The position numbers and the translations under genes were made by a program. This document shows positions 1 through 13,888 of a stretch of DNA of 64,000 nt, in pieces. Location of the stretch: assembly GCA_963790305.1 (NCBI GenBank), contig CAWBOC010000006.1:128001-192000 (forward strand), in the 5' to 3' direction. The notes beneath the pieces were generated by a model that ran no database searches, was not told the origin of the DNA, and saw only the letters and a list, made by a program, of their open reading frames with translations. Origin of the DNA: an uncultured Gemmatimonadaceae bacterium (GTDB taxonomy: Bacteria; Gemmatimonadota; Gemmatimonadetes; Gemmatimonadales; Gemmatimonadaceae). Within the stretch, counting starts at the first letter, position 1. Every line of letters begins with the position of its first letter.

Positions 1-1272
1 TTCTACCCGCCCACGTTGTTCACCGACGTCCAGCCCTCATCGACGATCGCGCAGGTCGAGATCTTCGGCCCTGTCCTCGTCACGATGACTTTCCGCACTC
101 CCGAGGAGTCGGTCGCGCTCGCGAACAACACGCCGTTCGGGCTCGCGGCGAGCATCTGGACGGAGAGCATCAACCTCGCCCTCGACATCGCGCCGAAGAT
201 CAAGGCCGGCGTCGTCTGGATCAACTCGACGAATCTGTTTGACGGGTCGAGCGGGTTCGGTGGATATCGGGAGAGCGGTTTCGGCCGCGAGGGTGGGCGC
301 GAGGGGATGTGGGAGTACGTGAAGGCGGTAGAGACGGGGACGCCGAATGAGACACGGGGGAGATCGGAACGCATCCCCAGCCATGTCCCCGAGCCTAACG
401 GCGGGCAGCGGTCGACGTCGGTCCCGCCGATCAATCGTACCCCGAAGCTGTTCATCGGCGGGAAGCAGACGCGCCCCGATCAGGGGTACGTCCGGCGAGT
501 TCTCACGCCTGGCGGAACGCAGCTAGGGGAGGTTGGCGAAGGAAACCGCAAGGACATTCGCAACGCCGTCGAGGCGGCACACGCGGCGTGGAAAGGGTGG
601 GGAAAGGCGACCGGGCATTTGCGCGGGCAGATCCTGTACTACATCGGTGAGAACCTCGCGGCACGTGGCGGCGAGTTCGCGCGCCGCATCGACGAGCAGA
701 CCGGGTGTGGCGAAGAGGAGGCAGTGCGCGAAGTGGACGTCGCCATTTCGCGGCTCTTCACCTACGCCGCGTGGGCCGACAAGTACGACGGCGCGGTGCA
801 CAACGTGCCGATCCGCGGGGTCGCGCTCGCGATGAACGAGCCGATCGGCGTCCTCGGCATCGCGTGCCCCGACGAGCGTCCGCTGCTCGGCTTCGTCTCG
901 CTCGTGGCCCCGGCGATCGCGGTGGGGAATGCGACGGTCGTAATTCCGTCGGAGCCGCACCCCCTCTCGGCCACCGACTTCTACAGCGTGCTCGAGACGT
1001 CCGACGTCCCGGGCGGAGTCGTCAACATCGTCACCGGTGCGAAAGACGCGCTCGCGCGAGTCCTCGCCGAGCATGATGACGTGGAGGCGGCGTGGTACTT
1101 CGGTGGCCTCGCGGGCGTGAAGATGGTCGAGGAGGCGTCAGCCGTGAACATGAAGCGGACCTGGGCCACGTGGCATAGCCGCGACTGGCTCGACTCCCGC
1201 CATGGCGAGGGACGCGAGTTCCTCCGCGAGGCGACGCAGGTCAAGAACATCTGGGTGCCGTACGGCGAGTAA
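1..1272 (+). CDS. Aldehyde dehydrogenase, 5'-truncated, with an extra C-terminal ALDH-like domain (ALDH16-like)
   Basis: EIFGPV and FGGYRESGFGREGG mark the end of an ALDH catalytic domain. A second NAD-binding-like unit follows (KLFIGG..., EPIGVLGI, GVVNIVTG). Confidence 0.85.
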   Translation, partial: FYPPTLFTDVQPSSTIAQVEIFGPVLVTMTFRTPEESVALANNTPFGLAASIWTESINLALDIAPKIKAGVVWINSTNLFDGSSGFGGYRESGFGREGGREGMWEYVKAVETGTPNETRGRSERIPSHVPEPNGGQRSTSVPPINRTPKLFIGGKQTRPDQGYVRRVLTPGGTQLGEVGEGNRKDIRNAVEAAHAAWKGWGKATGHLRGQILYYIGENLAARGGEFARRIDEQTGCGEEEAVREVDVAISRLFTYAAWADKYDGAVHNVPIRGVALAMNEPIGVLGIACPDERPLLGFVSLVAPAIAVGNATVVIPSEPHPLSATDFYSVLETSDVPGGVVNIVTGAKDALARVLAEHDDVEAAWYFGGLAGVKMVEEASAVNMKRTWATWHSRDWLDSRHGEGREFLREATQVKNIWVPYGE

Positions 1273-1275
1273 CAC

Positions 1276-1704
1276 GTGTCCGTAACAGCGCCGGTGACGC
1301 GCGTCGAGTTCCGCGTGCGGTACGCCGAGACCGATCGCATGGGTGTGGTGTACCACGGCAACTACCTCGTGTGGTGCGAGATTGGCCGTACCGAGCACAT
1401 GCGGCACTTCGGTGTACCCTATCGAGAGATGGAGGAGCGAGGCGTCTCTCTTGCGGTAGCCGAGGCTAGTATTCGCTACCAGAAGCCCGCTCGCTACAAT
1501 GATCTCATCCGCGTGGAGACGACACTCGCCAATGTGTCCTCGCGCACCGTTACTTTCGACTACGCGGTCCTGAATGCGGATTCCAACGATCGCCTGGCTA
1601 CGGCGCGCACCACGCTCGTGTCGCTCGACGCGAGTAGCCGGGTGGCCACGATTCCGGCCGAGTTTCGACCCATGCTGCGCCGCGCGGCGGGCCTCTCGGA
1701 GTAG
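1276..1704 (+). CDS. Acyl-CoA thioesterase (YbgC/4HBT hot-dog fold)
   Basis: RVRYAETDRMGVVYHGNY motif. Confidence 0.9.
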   Translation: MSVTAPVTRVEFRVRYAETDRMGVVYHGNYLVWCEIGRTEHMRHFGVPYREMEERGVSLAVAEASIRYQKPARYNDLIRVETTLANVSSRTVTFDYAVLNADSNDRLATARTTLVSLDASSRVATIPAEFRPMLRRAAGLSE

Positions 1705-4513
1705 GGCGCGCGCGTGCATCGCCGCGCTGGTCCTCGCGGCGATCGTGGTGCCCTCAGGTCACGCGCAGGTCAGCGGATTCGGACAAAACAAGATTCAGTA
1801 TCGGCGCTTCGATTGGCACGTGCTCGCCGGGAAGCATGTCGACGTCTTCTTCTATCCCGAAGAAGAGCGCATTGCGCGCGCCGCCCTCGTCTACGCCGAA
1901 CAAAGCTACGATACGCTCGCTCGCCGCTTCGGTCATGAGGTGCGCGAGCGCATTCCGCTCATCGTCTACGCGTCGCACGTCGACTTCGAGCAAACGAACA
2001 TCCTCCCCTTCGTACCGCCCGAGGGCATCCTCGGCGTCACGGAATTCCTCAAGCGACGCGTCGCGCTTCCATTCCGGGGAAGCTACTCGGAGTTTCGTCA
2101 TACCCTGCGCCACGAGCTCGTTCACGTCTTCGAGCTCTCGATTCTGGCGCGCGAGGCGGCACTCCACCCGCGGTCGCGCCCGCCCGCGATTCCGCTCTGG
2201 TGGTCGGAAGGCCTCGCCGAATTCCTCTCGGCTGACCAGGATTCACGCGACGAGATGGTGGTGCACGATCTCGTCCTGGGCGGACGTCTCCCGACGCTCG
2301 CCGAGCTCGGGCCCGTCGTCTCGCCGATCGTGTACGCCATTGGCGGCGATGCCCATCGCTTTCTTGCGTTGCAATTCGGTGCTTGGCGAATAGCACTGGT
2401 GTACGAGGCGCTCTGGAAGGCCTCGTCGTTTGGTGAGGCGCTCGCGCGCGCGTATGGCCGCGATGCAGAGCGCCTGTCCGCGGAGTGGCACCACGATCTT
2501 CGACGTCGACATTTTCCCTCCGTGGGCGATCGGCAGCCCCTCACGCTCGCCGGAACGCGTCTCGCGACGCTCGCCCTCAAGCCCGTCGCCGTCGATGTCG
2601 GGGACTCGAGCCACGTCGCCTACCTTTCACCGCGGTCCGGGTATACGAACATCTATCTCCAGCCGCTCGGCGCCAATGCACGAGCGCGGGTGGTCGTCGA
2701 AGGGGAGCGCTCGCCGGAGTTCGAATCGCTGCACCCCTTCTCGTCGCGCATCGATGTTCGCGACGGCGTGCTTCTCTTCGCCTCACGATTCGGCGAGCGG
2801 GATGCGCTTGTGTTCTGGGACATCGCGCACGGGCGAGTGACCGGTCGATACCAGTTCGATGGTCTCGTCTCGCTCCTGAGCCCGCAGTGGTCGCCGAACG
2901 GGGACCGGATCGCGTTCAGCGCGCTCAGCGACAGCGGCGTCTCCGATCTCTACGTGCTCCAGCTTTCATCGGGCGAGCTCACGCGCATCACCGCCGATGT
3001 GTACGAGGATCTCGACCCCACATGGCTTCCGCATGGGCGCGCGCTCGTGTTTTCGTCGGATCGCGGGCCACACGGTGCCGATGGAGCGCATAACCTCTAT
3101 CGTGCTGAGCTCTCCGGCGACATCACGGCGTTGACGAGCGGGGCATGGTCGGATGAATCGCCGCGCTGGGACCCGCGCGCATCGCGAATTCTTTTCACGA
3201 GCGACCGCGCCGGCGCGTTCGATCTCTACAGCATCGATACGCTTGGAGCTGGCCGCCGCGAGACCAAGCTGACCGGAGGACTCTTCGACCCGGCGCCTGT
3301 ACCGCACGAGGAGCGGGTCCTCGTCAGCGCGTATGCCGACCGCTCGTGGTCACTCTACGCACTGCACAAGGACCCCGAGGACGAATCCTCCTTTACGCTT
3401 TCCAACGGGACGCTGGCGACCTGGCAATGGCGTGAGCTCGATGATACGAGCGCGACACGAGTGGCCTCGCGCCGCTACGAGCGTCGCTATTCCATCGACT
3501 TCGCCGCTGGCGTTGCGGCGACGGCTCCTGGCATCGGCGGCGCGCAGGGTGCGCAGCTCGTGTTCTCGGATCTCCTCGGCGATCACCAGTTCGCGTTCAG
3601 CATCTCCTCCTTTCAGGGAGAAGCGCGAAACGTCCTCGGCAGTCTCAATGGCAACATTTTCTACCTCAATCAGTCACGCCGCGTGAACTGGGGCGTCGGG
3701 ATGTTCCGTGTGTCGGGCACGTTCTCCGAAAGCGATCTGCGCCAGCTCTACGACGAGGAATCCACCGGAGCGTACGCGATCGCGCGATATCCACTGTCGC
3801 GCTTCACGCGCATCGAGGGACAAACCACGCTCGAATACTCGAACCGCGACGATTTCGCGAATGAGCTGGTGCGCGGCACACCGCGTCGTCGCGGCATGCT
3901 GACGGGGAATTATCTCGTGTTCGTGCGCGACAACTCCCTGTGGCTGGAGACCGGACCGATCGACGGAGCGCGCTGGAACCTCACCGGCGGTGTGGTGAGC
4001 GACGTGACGCACGGCGCGTTCGAGAACTGGCTCGGCCAGGTCGACGTACGACGCTACGTCCGCACCTCGCAGCAGGCGGCTGTCGCGCTACGCGGGCTCG
4101 GCTATGTCTCCGAGGGATCCAGACCGCGGGCGATCCAAATGGCTGGATCGTGGATGCTGCGCGGATACCCCAGATACTCGTTGTCGGGAACACACGCGTG
4201 GCTCGCAAACGCCGAGTGGCGTTTCCCGATCGCGAACTTCGTCACGTTCGGCTTCCCCTTCGGAGCCGTCCGTTTTCCACCGGTGCGGGGTGCGCTGTTC
4301 GTCGACGCCGGGCAGGCGTGGAATCGCGGCGAGTACGAGGAGCGCATCCTCGGATCCATGGGAGTGGGCTTCCGCATGAGTCTCGTCCCGGGGTTTGTGT
4401 TGCGCGTCGATGTCGGGCGGAGATACGACCTCGCCGACGGCGATGAGTCCCCGGCCGACCGCGCCTACTACAGGCGAAGGTTCGTTGATCTGTTTTTCGG
4501 GTATGACTACTGA
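1574..4513 (+). CDS. Omp85/BamA-TamA family protein with N-terminal zinc-peptidase-like domain and TolB/PD40 beta-propeller (true start probably about 1700-1745)
   Basis: Signal-like ALVLAAIVVPSGHAQ; HELVH...WWSEGLAE; repeated PxWSP/LxFSSDR units; C-terminal barrel with LRGY, AEWRFP and LFVDAG; ends in aromatic Y. Confidence 0.8.
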   Translation: MRIPTIAWLRRAPRSCRSTRVAGWPRFRPSFDPCCAARRASRSRARACIAALVLAAIVVPSGHAQVSGFGQNKIQYRRFDWHVLAGKHVDVFFYPEEERIARAALVYAEQSYDTLARRFGHEVRERIPLIVYASHVDFEQTNILPFVPPEGILGVTEFLKRRVALPFRGSYSEFRHTLRHELVHVFELSILAREAALHPRSRPPAIPLWWSEGLAEFLSADQDSRDEMVVHDLVLGGRLPTLAELGPVVSPIVYAIGGDAHRFLALQFGAWRIALVYEALWKASSFGEALARAYGRDAERLSAEWHHDLRRRHFPSVGDRQPLTLAGTRLATLALKPVAVDVGDSSHVAYLSPRSGYTNIYLQPLGANARARVVVEGERSPEFESLHPFSSRIDVRDGVLLFASRFGERDALVFWDIAHGRVTGRYQFDGLVSLLSPQWSPNGDRIAFSALSDSGVSDLYVLQLSSGELTRITADVYEDLDPTWLPHGRALVFSSDRGPHGADGAHNLYRAELSGDITALTSGAWSDESPRWDPRASRILFTSDRAGAFDLYSIDTLGAGRRETKLTGGLFDPAPVPHEERVLVSAYADRSWSLYALHKDPEDESSFTLSNGTLATWQWRELDDTSATRVASRRYERRYSIDFAAGVAATAPGIGGAQGAQLVFSDLLGDHQFAFSISSFQGEARNVLGSLNGNIFYLNQSRRVNWGVGMFRVSGTFSESDLRQLYDEESTGAYAIARYPLSRFTRIEGQTTLEYSNRDDFANELVRGTPRRRGMLTGNYLVFVRDNSLWLETGPIDGARWNLTGGVVSDVTHGAFENWLGQVDVRRYVRTSQQAAVALRGLGYVSEGSRPRAIQMAGSWMLRGYPRYSLSGTHAWLANAEWRFPIANFVTFGFPFGAVRFPPVRGALFVDAGQAWNRGEYEERILGSMGVGFRMSLVPGFVLRVDVGRRYDLADGDESPADRAYYRRRFVDLFFGYDY

Positions 4514-5145
4514 TGCGACGTATCCTGTTGGGCGCGGCTCTGACGCTCGGGCTCTCCGCCGCTGCGTGCGGCCCCAAGGTCGCGCCGCTCGGCGGCACCG
4601 TGGCGCCCGTGCGCTTGCCACGCACGGAGCTTCCACCGGTGAACCAGCGGATCCGGTTCACGTGGACGTACGAAGACCTCGACCTCCGCGGGCGAGGCGA
4701 CGGCGTTGCGCGCATTGCGCCTCCGGATAGCGTGCGGCTGGACCTGTTTCTCGCCGGGGGCAACGCCGGAGGCCGCGCGGTCTTGATCGACGACGACCTC
4801 CGCGCGCCAGGCGGACCGATGGTGCGGTCGTTCCTTCCGCCGCCGCCCATGCTGTGGGCGGCGCTTGGTCGTCTCCACATTCCCCCCACCCCGGATACGT
4901 CGGTACGCGTTGACGGCGACACCACGCGGGCCGACATTGGACGCGATCCACGCTGGCGGGTGACCTTTGTGCGAGGCGACCTGAGGCGCCTCGAGCTCAT
5001 TCAGGGAGACCGCTTGCAGCAATGGATGGAGCGTACGCCCCAACGTACTGTGACGTATCGCCACCTGCGCGCCAACCGCGCGCTGGACCTGAGCATCGTC
5101 CGTGTTGATACGGTTCCTGGCTTCGATGCCACGATCTGGCGTTAG
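4513..5145 (+). CDS. Hypothetical lipoprotein (possible LolA/LolB-like fold)
   Basis: Lipobox-like LSAAAC; TGATG overlap with the upstream stop; beta-rich sequence. The fold is inference only. Confidence 0.7.
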   Translation: MRRILLGAALTLGLSAAACGPKVAPLGGTVAPVRLPRTELPPVNQRIRFTWTYEDLDLRGRGDGVARIAPPDSVRLDLFLAGGNAGGRAVLIDDDLRAPGGPMVRSFLPPPPMLWAALGRLHIPPTPDTSVRVDGDTTRADIGRDPRWRVTFVRGDLRRLELIQGDRLQQWMERTPQRTVTYRHLRANRALDLSIVRVDTVPGFDATIWR

Positions 5146-5626
5146 GCTGGCGGCGGGCCTGGTCCTGCTCGCGCAGAGCGCGTGTCTCTACAGCTTCGTC
5201 GGCGGAGGCCTTCCCGACCATATCGATACGGTTGCGGTGCTTCCGTTCGACAACGACACGCCGCTGAGCGTGATCCCGCGGGAGCTGCTCGACGCCCTGC
5301 GCCCTGACATCGAGTCACGCCTCGGGCTACGCTCGGTTGCCGAGGCGAGGGCGGACGCCATCGTGCGCGGCCGCATCGTTCGCTACGACCCTGACATTCC
5401 CGTTGCCTACAGCGCGGACCCCAATCAGCAGGTCGCCGCGCGTCGGCGGCTCGAGATAGCGGTCGATGTCGAGATCCTCGACCAAACGACGGGAAAGCCA
5501 CTCTGGAGTCGGCGCGGGCTCGTGGCGCAGGGGGATTACGAAGAGCGACAAGAGGCGGAGGGACGCCGCCTCGCCATCGAGAAGCTCGTGCGAGACATCA
5601 TCGAAGGCGCGCAATCGCAATGGTGA
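5126..5626 (+). CDS. lptE: LptE-family LPS assembly lipoprotein
   Basis: Lipobox QSAC followed by YSF.GGGLP.HI.TVAV.PFDN.T, ADA..RGRI..Y and a C-terminal W, typical of FCB-group LptE-like proteins. Confidence 0.65.
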   Translation: MPRSGVRLAAGLVLLAQSACLYSFVGGGLPDHIDTVAVLPFDNDTPLSVIPRELLDALRPDIESRLGLRSVAEARADAIVRGRIVRYDPDIPVAYSADPNQQVAARRRLEIAVDVEILDQTTGKPLWSRRGLVAQGDYEERQEAEGRRLAIEKLVRDIIEGAQSQW

Positions 5627-5973
5627 AACACTCCCGCGGCGCATCCACGCTTGGCTGTCTCTTCAGCATGCTGGTCATTGTCGCGGCGATATACTTTGGT
5701 GTGAACGTAGGGGCGCCGTATCTTCGGTACTACCAGTTCCGGGATACCATGGAGCAGGAGGTGCGGTTCGCCGATCGGAAAACCGATTCGGAGATACTCG
5801 CGACGCTCCGCCTCAAGGCAGATTCGCTGGGGTTGCCCGGACCCGCCCGCCGGATCAACGTGCGCCGCAACGCGAATCGCATCGTGATCTGGACCGAATA
5901 CACCGAGACGATCGACTTTCCCTTCGTCACGCGCGACATCACGCTTCGACCCGTCGCCGAGAGATCGTTTTGA
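5620..5973 (+). CDS. Small membrane-anchored hypothetical protein (DUF4845/pilin-like N-terminus)
   Basis: RG|ASTLGCL followed by one hydrophobic helix; overlaps both neighbours. Confidence 0.6.
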   Translation: MVKHSRGASTLGCLFSMLVIVAAIYFGVNVGAPYLRYYQFRDTMEQEVRFADRKTDSEILATLRLKADSLGLPGPARRINVRRNANRIVIWTEYTETIDFPFVTRDITLRPVAERSF

Positions 5974-6454
5974 GCGTCGCGCGGCACCTCGCCAAGGTCA
6001 TGACCTGGAAGGACGCGGCGACATGGCGACAAGGTGTTCGCGGCCGCGTCGTGTTTACCAATGGCGTCTTCGACCTTTTGCACCCCGGACACATCGACGT
6101 ACTCGCCCAGGCACGCGATCAAGGCGATGCGCTCATCGTGGGCCTGAACAGCGATAGCTCGGTTCGACGACTCAAGGGGCCGGAGCGGCCTGTACGCACA
6201 GAAGCGGAGCGTGCATACGTGCTCGCTGCGCTCGGCTGACGTGGACGTGGTCGTCACTTTCGCAGACGACACCCCGCTGGAGCTGATTCGGCATCTCCGG
6301 CCCGACGTGCTGGTAAAGGGTGGGGACTATCGAGCCAGCTACGGTTGTCGGCCGTGACGACGTCGAGTCGTGGGGGGGCCGCGTGATGATCGTTCCCCTC
6401 CGTGCCGGTCAGTCGACGACATCCATCATCGAGAAGCTGCGTGCTCCCCGCTGA
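5970..6454 (+). CDS. rfaE2: D-glycero-beta-D-manno-heptose 1-phosphate adenylyltransferase (apparent frameshifts near 6236 and 6340)
   Basis: [32 protein letters not shown] and STTSIIEK found across successive frames. Confidence 0.88.
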
Positions 6455-7174
6455 CCAGACCACGCGAGTTGGCCGTAGCACCAACGTCGATGCGCACCGT
6501 GACCCTCGAGCGCGGCGCCTCGGCCTTCGCGGAAGGGTCCTGCCTCGTCGCGTTCGGCGACACGCGGGTGCTGTTACCGCCTCGGTCGAGGACGGGGTGC
6601 CCGGGATGGCGAAAGGGTTCGGGTCTCGGCTGGATCACGGCGGAGTACGCAATGCTGCCGCGCGCGACCCATACGCGCACGCCCCGCGAACGCGCGCAGC
6701 TCGGGGGGCGCACGCAGGAGATCCAGCGCCTCATCGGCCGGAGCGTTCGCGCGATGCTCGACGACTTCGCGTTCGGCGAGTACACCCTGCGCGTCGATTG
6801 TGATGTCCTTCAAGCGGACGGAGGCACGCGCACCGCTGCGATCACCGGGGCGTGCGTGGCCGTCGTCGACGCGTTCGCGTGGATGGTTCGAACGGGCCGG
6901 ATCGCGGCATCGCCGGTGCAAGCGCCACGTCGCCGCCGTCAGCGTGGGCGTCGTGAATGGCGAGGTTCGTCTGGATCTGGACTACGCCGAGGACGTCGCG
7001 CGCCGAAGTCGACATGAACGTCGTGATGACCAGCGAAGGGCGGTTCGTCGAGGTGCAGGGGACGGGCGAGCACGGCACCTTCGACCGCACGGCGCTCGAT
7101 ACGCTCGTCGAGCTGGCGGCGGGCGGCATCCGCGAGCTTCTGCGAGATCCAGCGCTCGCACGCTCGCGAGGTGA
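6441..7174 (+). CDS. rph: Ribonuclease PH (several apparent frameshifts)
   Basis: [48 protein letters not shown]...VEVQGTGE. Confidence 0.92.
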
Positions 7175-7805
7175 CCGCGGCGCGCGCCCGTACCTGCTCG
7201 CCACGCGAAGCGCAGGCAAGCTGCGCGAGCTCGAGCCGCTGTTCGCTCGCGCCGGGATCGAGGTCGTCGACTCTGGAGAGTGCCGGCATTCGCCGAGTCG
7301 CCTGACGAGTCGGCGATCGAGGCGTTCTCGACGTTCGAGGAGAATGCGCTGGCCAAGGCGCGATACTTTCTCGGCGCTGAGCGGCGCTTCCCACGTTCGC
7401 CGACGACTCGGGCCTCGAGGTGTACGCGCTCGACGGGAAGCCCGGAGTGCGTAGCAAGCGATGGAGCGGTCGCGATGATCTCGACGGGCATCGCGCTCGA
7501 CGAGGCCAACAACGCGGAGCTGCTGCGCGCGCTTCGCGGCGGCGACGAGCCGACGTGCCCGATATGTGTGCGTGGCGGCGCTCTGGCGACGGACTGAGCG
7601 GCGAGCTCGTGCGTCGCGGCGAAGTCGAGGGCGAGATCCTCGAGGAGCCGCGCGGGCGGCGGTGGGTTCGGGTACGATCCGTTATTTCTTCTCGACGGAG
7701 CTGGGCGTGACGTTCGGCGAAGCGTCACTGAGCGGAGAAGGAGCGCGTGAGTCATCGTGGTCGCGCGTTTCGCGCGCTCGCTGGCGCGCGATGCGCGGCG
7801 GTTGA
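7171..7805 (+). CDS. rdgB: Non-canonical purine NTP pyrophosphatase RdgB/HAM1 (several apparent frameshifts)
   Basis: [51 protein letters not shown]; rph-rdgB synteny. Confidence 0.88.
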
Positions 7806-7830
7806 CCGAGGTGTCGGTCACTACTAGATT
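7802..7830 (+). promoter_or_regulatory. Sigma70-type promoter of the tRNA cluster
   Basis: TTGACC-17 bp-TAGATT, 10 nt upstream of tRNA-Pro. Confidence 0.7.
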
Positions 7831-7840
7831 TGCGGTCTTG

Positions 7841-7914
7841 CGGGGCGTAGCGTAGCCTGGTATCGCGCCTGCTTTGGGAGCAGGAGGTCACCGGTTCAAA
7901 TCCGGTCGCCCCGA
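7841..7914 (+). tRNA. tRNA-Pro(TGG)
   Basis: Acceptor CGGGGCG/CGCCCCG; anticodon arm CCTGC-TTTGGGA-GCAGG; T-loop GGTTCAAATCC. Confidence 0.96.
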
Positions 7915-7958
7915 CCTGGCAGGACGTCCCGACGTTGGGAGGAGAATCGCCGAGCGAA

Positions 7959-8035
7959 GCGCCAGTAGCTCAGGTGGATAGAGCAACAGCCTTCTAAGCT
8001 GTGGGTCGGGGGTTCGAGTCCCTCCTGGCGCGCCA
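7959..8035 (+). tRNA. tRNA-Arg(TCT)
   Basis: Acceptor GCGCCAG/CTGGCGC; anticodon arm ACAGC-CTTCTAA-GCTGT; encoded CCA. Confidence 0.96.
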
Positions 8036-8048
8036 TCGATGTTGGAAC

Positions 8049-8121
<73 letters not shown>

Positions 8122-8127
8122 TGCGTG

Positions 8128-8163
8128 CCCGCCGGCGCGTCTCCGTCGGCGGGTTTTTCTTTT
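8128..8163 (+). terminator. Rho-independent terminator after the tRNA cluster
   Basis: CCCGCCGGCG...CGTCGGCGGG stem followed by TTTTTCTTTT. Confidence 0.85.
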
Positions 8164-8297
8164 GAGACGGGGGTGCGGTCGTCTGTGCCGAGTCTCCTTG
8201 AGATGGCGTCCTGGAGCGAATACATTGCGCACCCCTCCGTTGAGGCGGCCCTGTTGGAGCGGGCGGCCGCATGCTCGGAACGATCGATCGGACGGGG

Positions 8298-8325
8298 TTG
8301 ACAGCGTTGGTTTTCGAGCTAGCTT
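8298..8325 (+). promoter_or_regulatory. rRNA operon promoter
   Basis: TTGACA-16 bp-TAGCTT; a 16-bp spacer is typical of rrn promoters. Confidence 0.7.
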
Positions 8326-8490
8326 GCAAGGCTGTCGCCGAAATGGCGGCGGATGCGTGTGTCGGGTGCCGCGAGGTCGTTGACTCGTGGCGGGTTCGTG
8401 GGAGGCGGTGGAGCCGTCCTTCACGAGCCATCGAGAGAGTCGACGCACTACATGGTTCGTCGCGAGAGCGACTTCCAGACTTTGCTGGAT

Positions 8491-8503
8491 GCTGTTTGAC
8501 AAC
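8491..8503 (+). promoter_or_regulatory. boxA-like antitermination element (rrn leader)
   Basis: GCTGTTTGACAAC, repeated exactly in the ITS at 10331-10343. Confidence 0.65.
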
Positions 8504-8665
8504 CGAGTTGAGATCATGGATGTGCGAGGCGGACTCTGTTGATCCTACGCTCTGTTCGGGGCGCCGGGGAGAGTCAACCTGAACATTCATAGTGATTCCG
8601 GACGCGACGTCAGATGGCGACGTCGTGTCTGATGCCGCGTTCGGGAGAGCTAATTGAACTTTCTA

Positions 8666-10205
<1,540 letters not shown>

Positions 10206-10330
10206 CCGGAGCAAGCGAGTAGAGCTAGCCGCGAGCGAACTCGAAAGTTCTCACGGATGTCGCTCGCCTCGCACGCCTCTCGACTCAATCTCAATGTATC
10301 TCATAGCCCGGCGCTTCGTGGCGTTGGCTC

Positions 10331-10343
10331 GCTGTTTGACAAC
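10331..10343 (+). promoter_or_regulatory. boxA-like element in the tRNA-less 16S-23S spacer
   Basis: Identical 13-mer to the leader copy. Confidence 0.65.
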
Positions 10344-10467
10344 GGATGGTAGTGTGTAGATCGTTGGGACATGACATGCGAATCCGAATCGAGACAGTGA
10401 GCGATTTCGTATTGAACTCGTTTCACTCGTGAAGATCGCGCGTGCTCTGCTTGGATATCTGAAGAAT

Positions 10468-13485
<3,018 letters not shown>

Positions 13486-13611
13486 CACCCGCAGGTTCAA
13501 GTGGTTTATCAAGACCTCACCAAGCAGAGCATTACGATTTCAAAAACTCGCACCGCGAGATACACCTACCATTTCCGTTGCCATTCCGCTTCGCAGCACA
13601 CAGCCATGAAT

Positions 13612-13729
13612 CGCTGGCGGCTGGAGCGCAGGGGCCACACCCGTTCCCATCCCGAACACGGTCGTTAAGCCCTGCAGCGCCGATGGTACTCCGATCGAGA
13701 GATCGCGGGAGAGTAGGCCGCCGCCGGCA
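13612..13729 (+). rRNA. rrf: 5S rRNA
   Basis: CCCATCCCGAAC, GCCGATGGTACT, GGGAGAGTAGG. Confidence 0.97.
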
Positions 13730-13734
13730 CCCCC

Positions 13735-13774
13735 AAGAACCCCGAGAGACCTGGTCTCTCGGGGTTCTTTTTTT
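13735..13774 (+). terminator. rRNA operon terminator
   Basis: AAGAACCCCGAGAGAC-CTG-GTCTCTCGGGGTTCTT perfect stem plus a T run. Confidence 0.92.
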
Positions 13775-13888
13775 CTCCTCCCGCAGCGTCAGGAAACCGA
13801 CAGGGGCCGTGGCCCCTGTTTGTAACGCGATGTCTCCTAGAGAGGGTCTCAAAGGAGACACGCGACGACAGGGCGCTAAGTTGTAGCC

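Noticed and set aside
7959..7985. Sequence shared with 56929-56955 (GTAGCTCAGGTGGATAGAGCA) as an att-type direct repeat
   Set aside because: It is the conserved D-arm of two tRNA-Arg isoacceptors.
8164..8665. Separate ncRNA or small CDS between the tRNAs and 16S
   Set aside because: Explained by the rrn promoter, boxA and leader segments complementary to the ITS.
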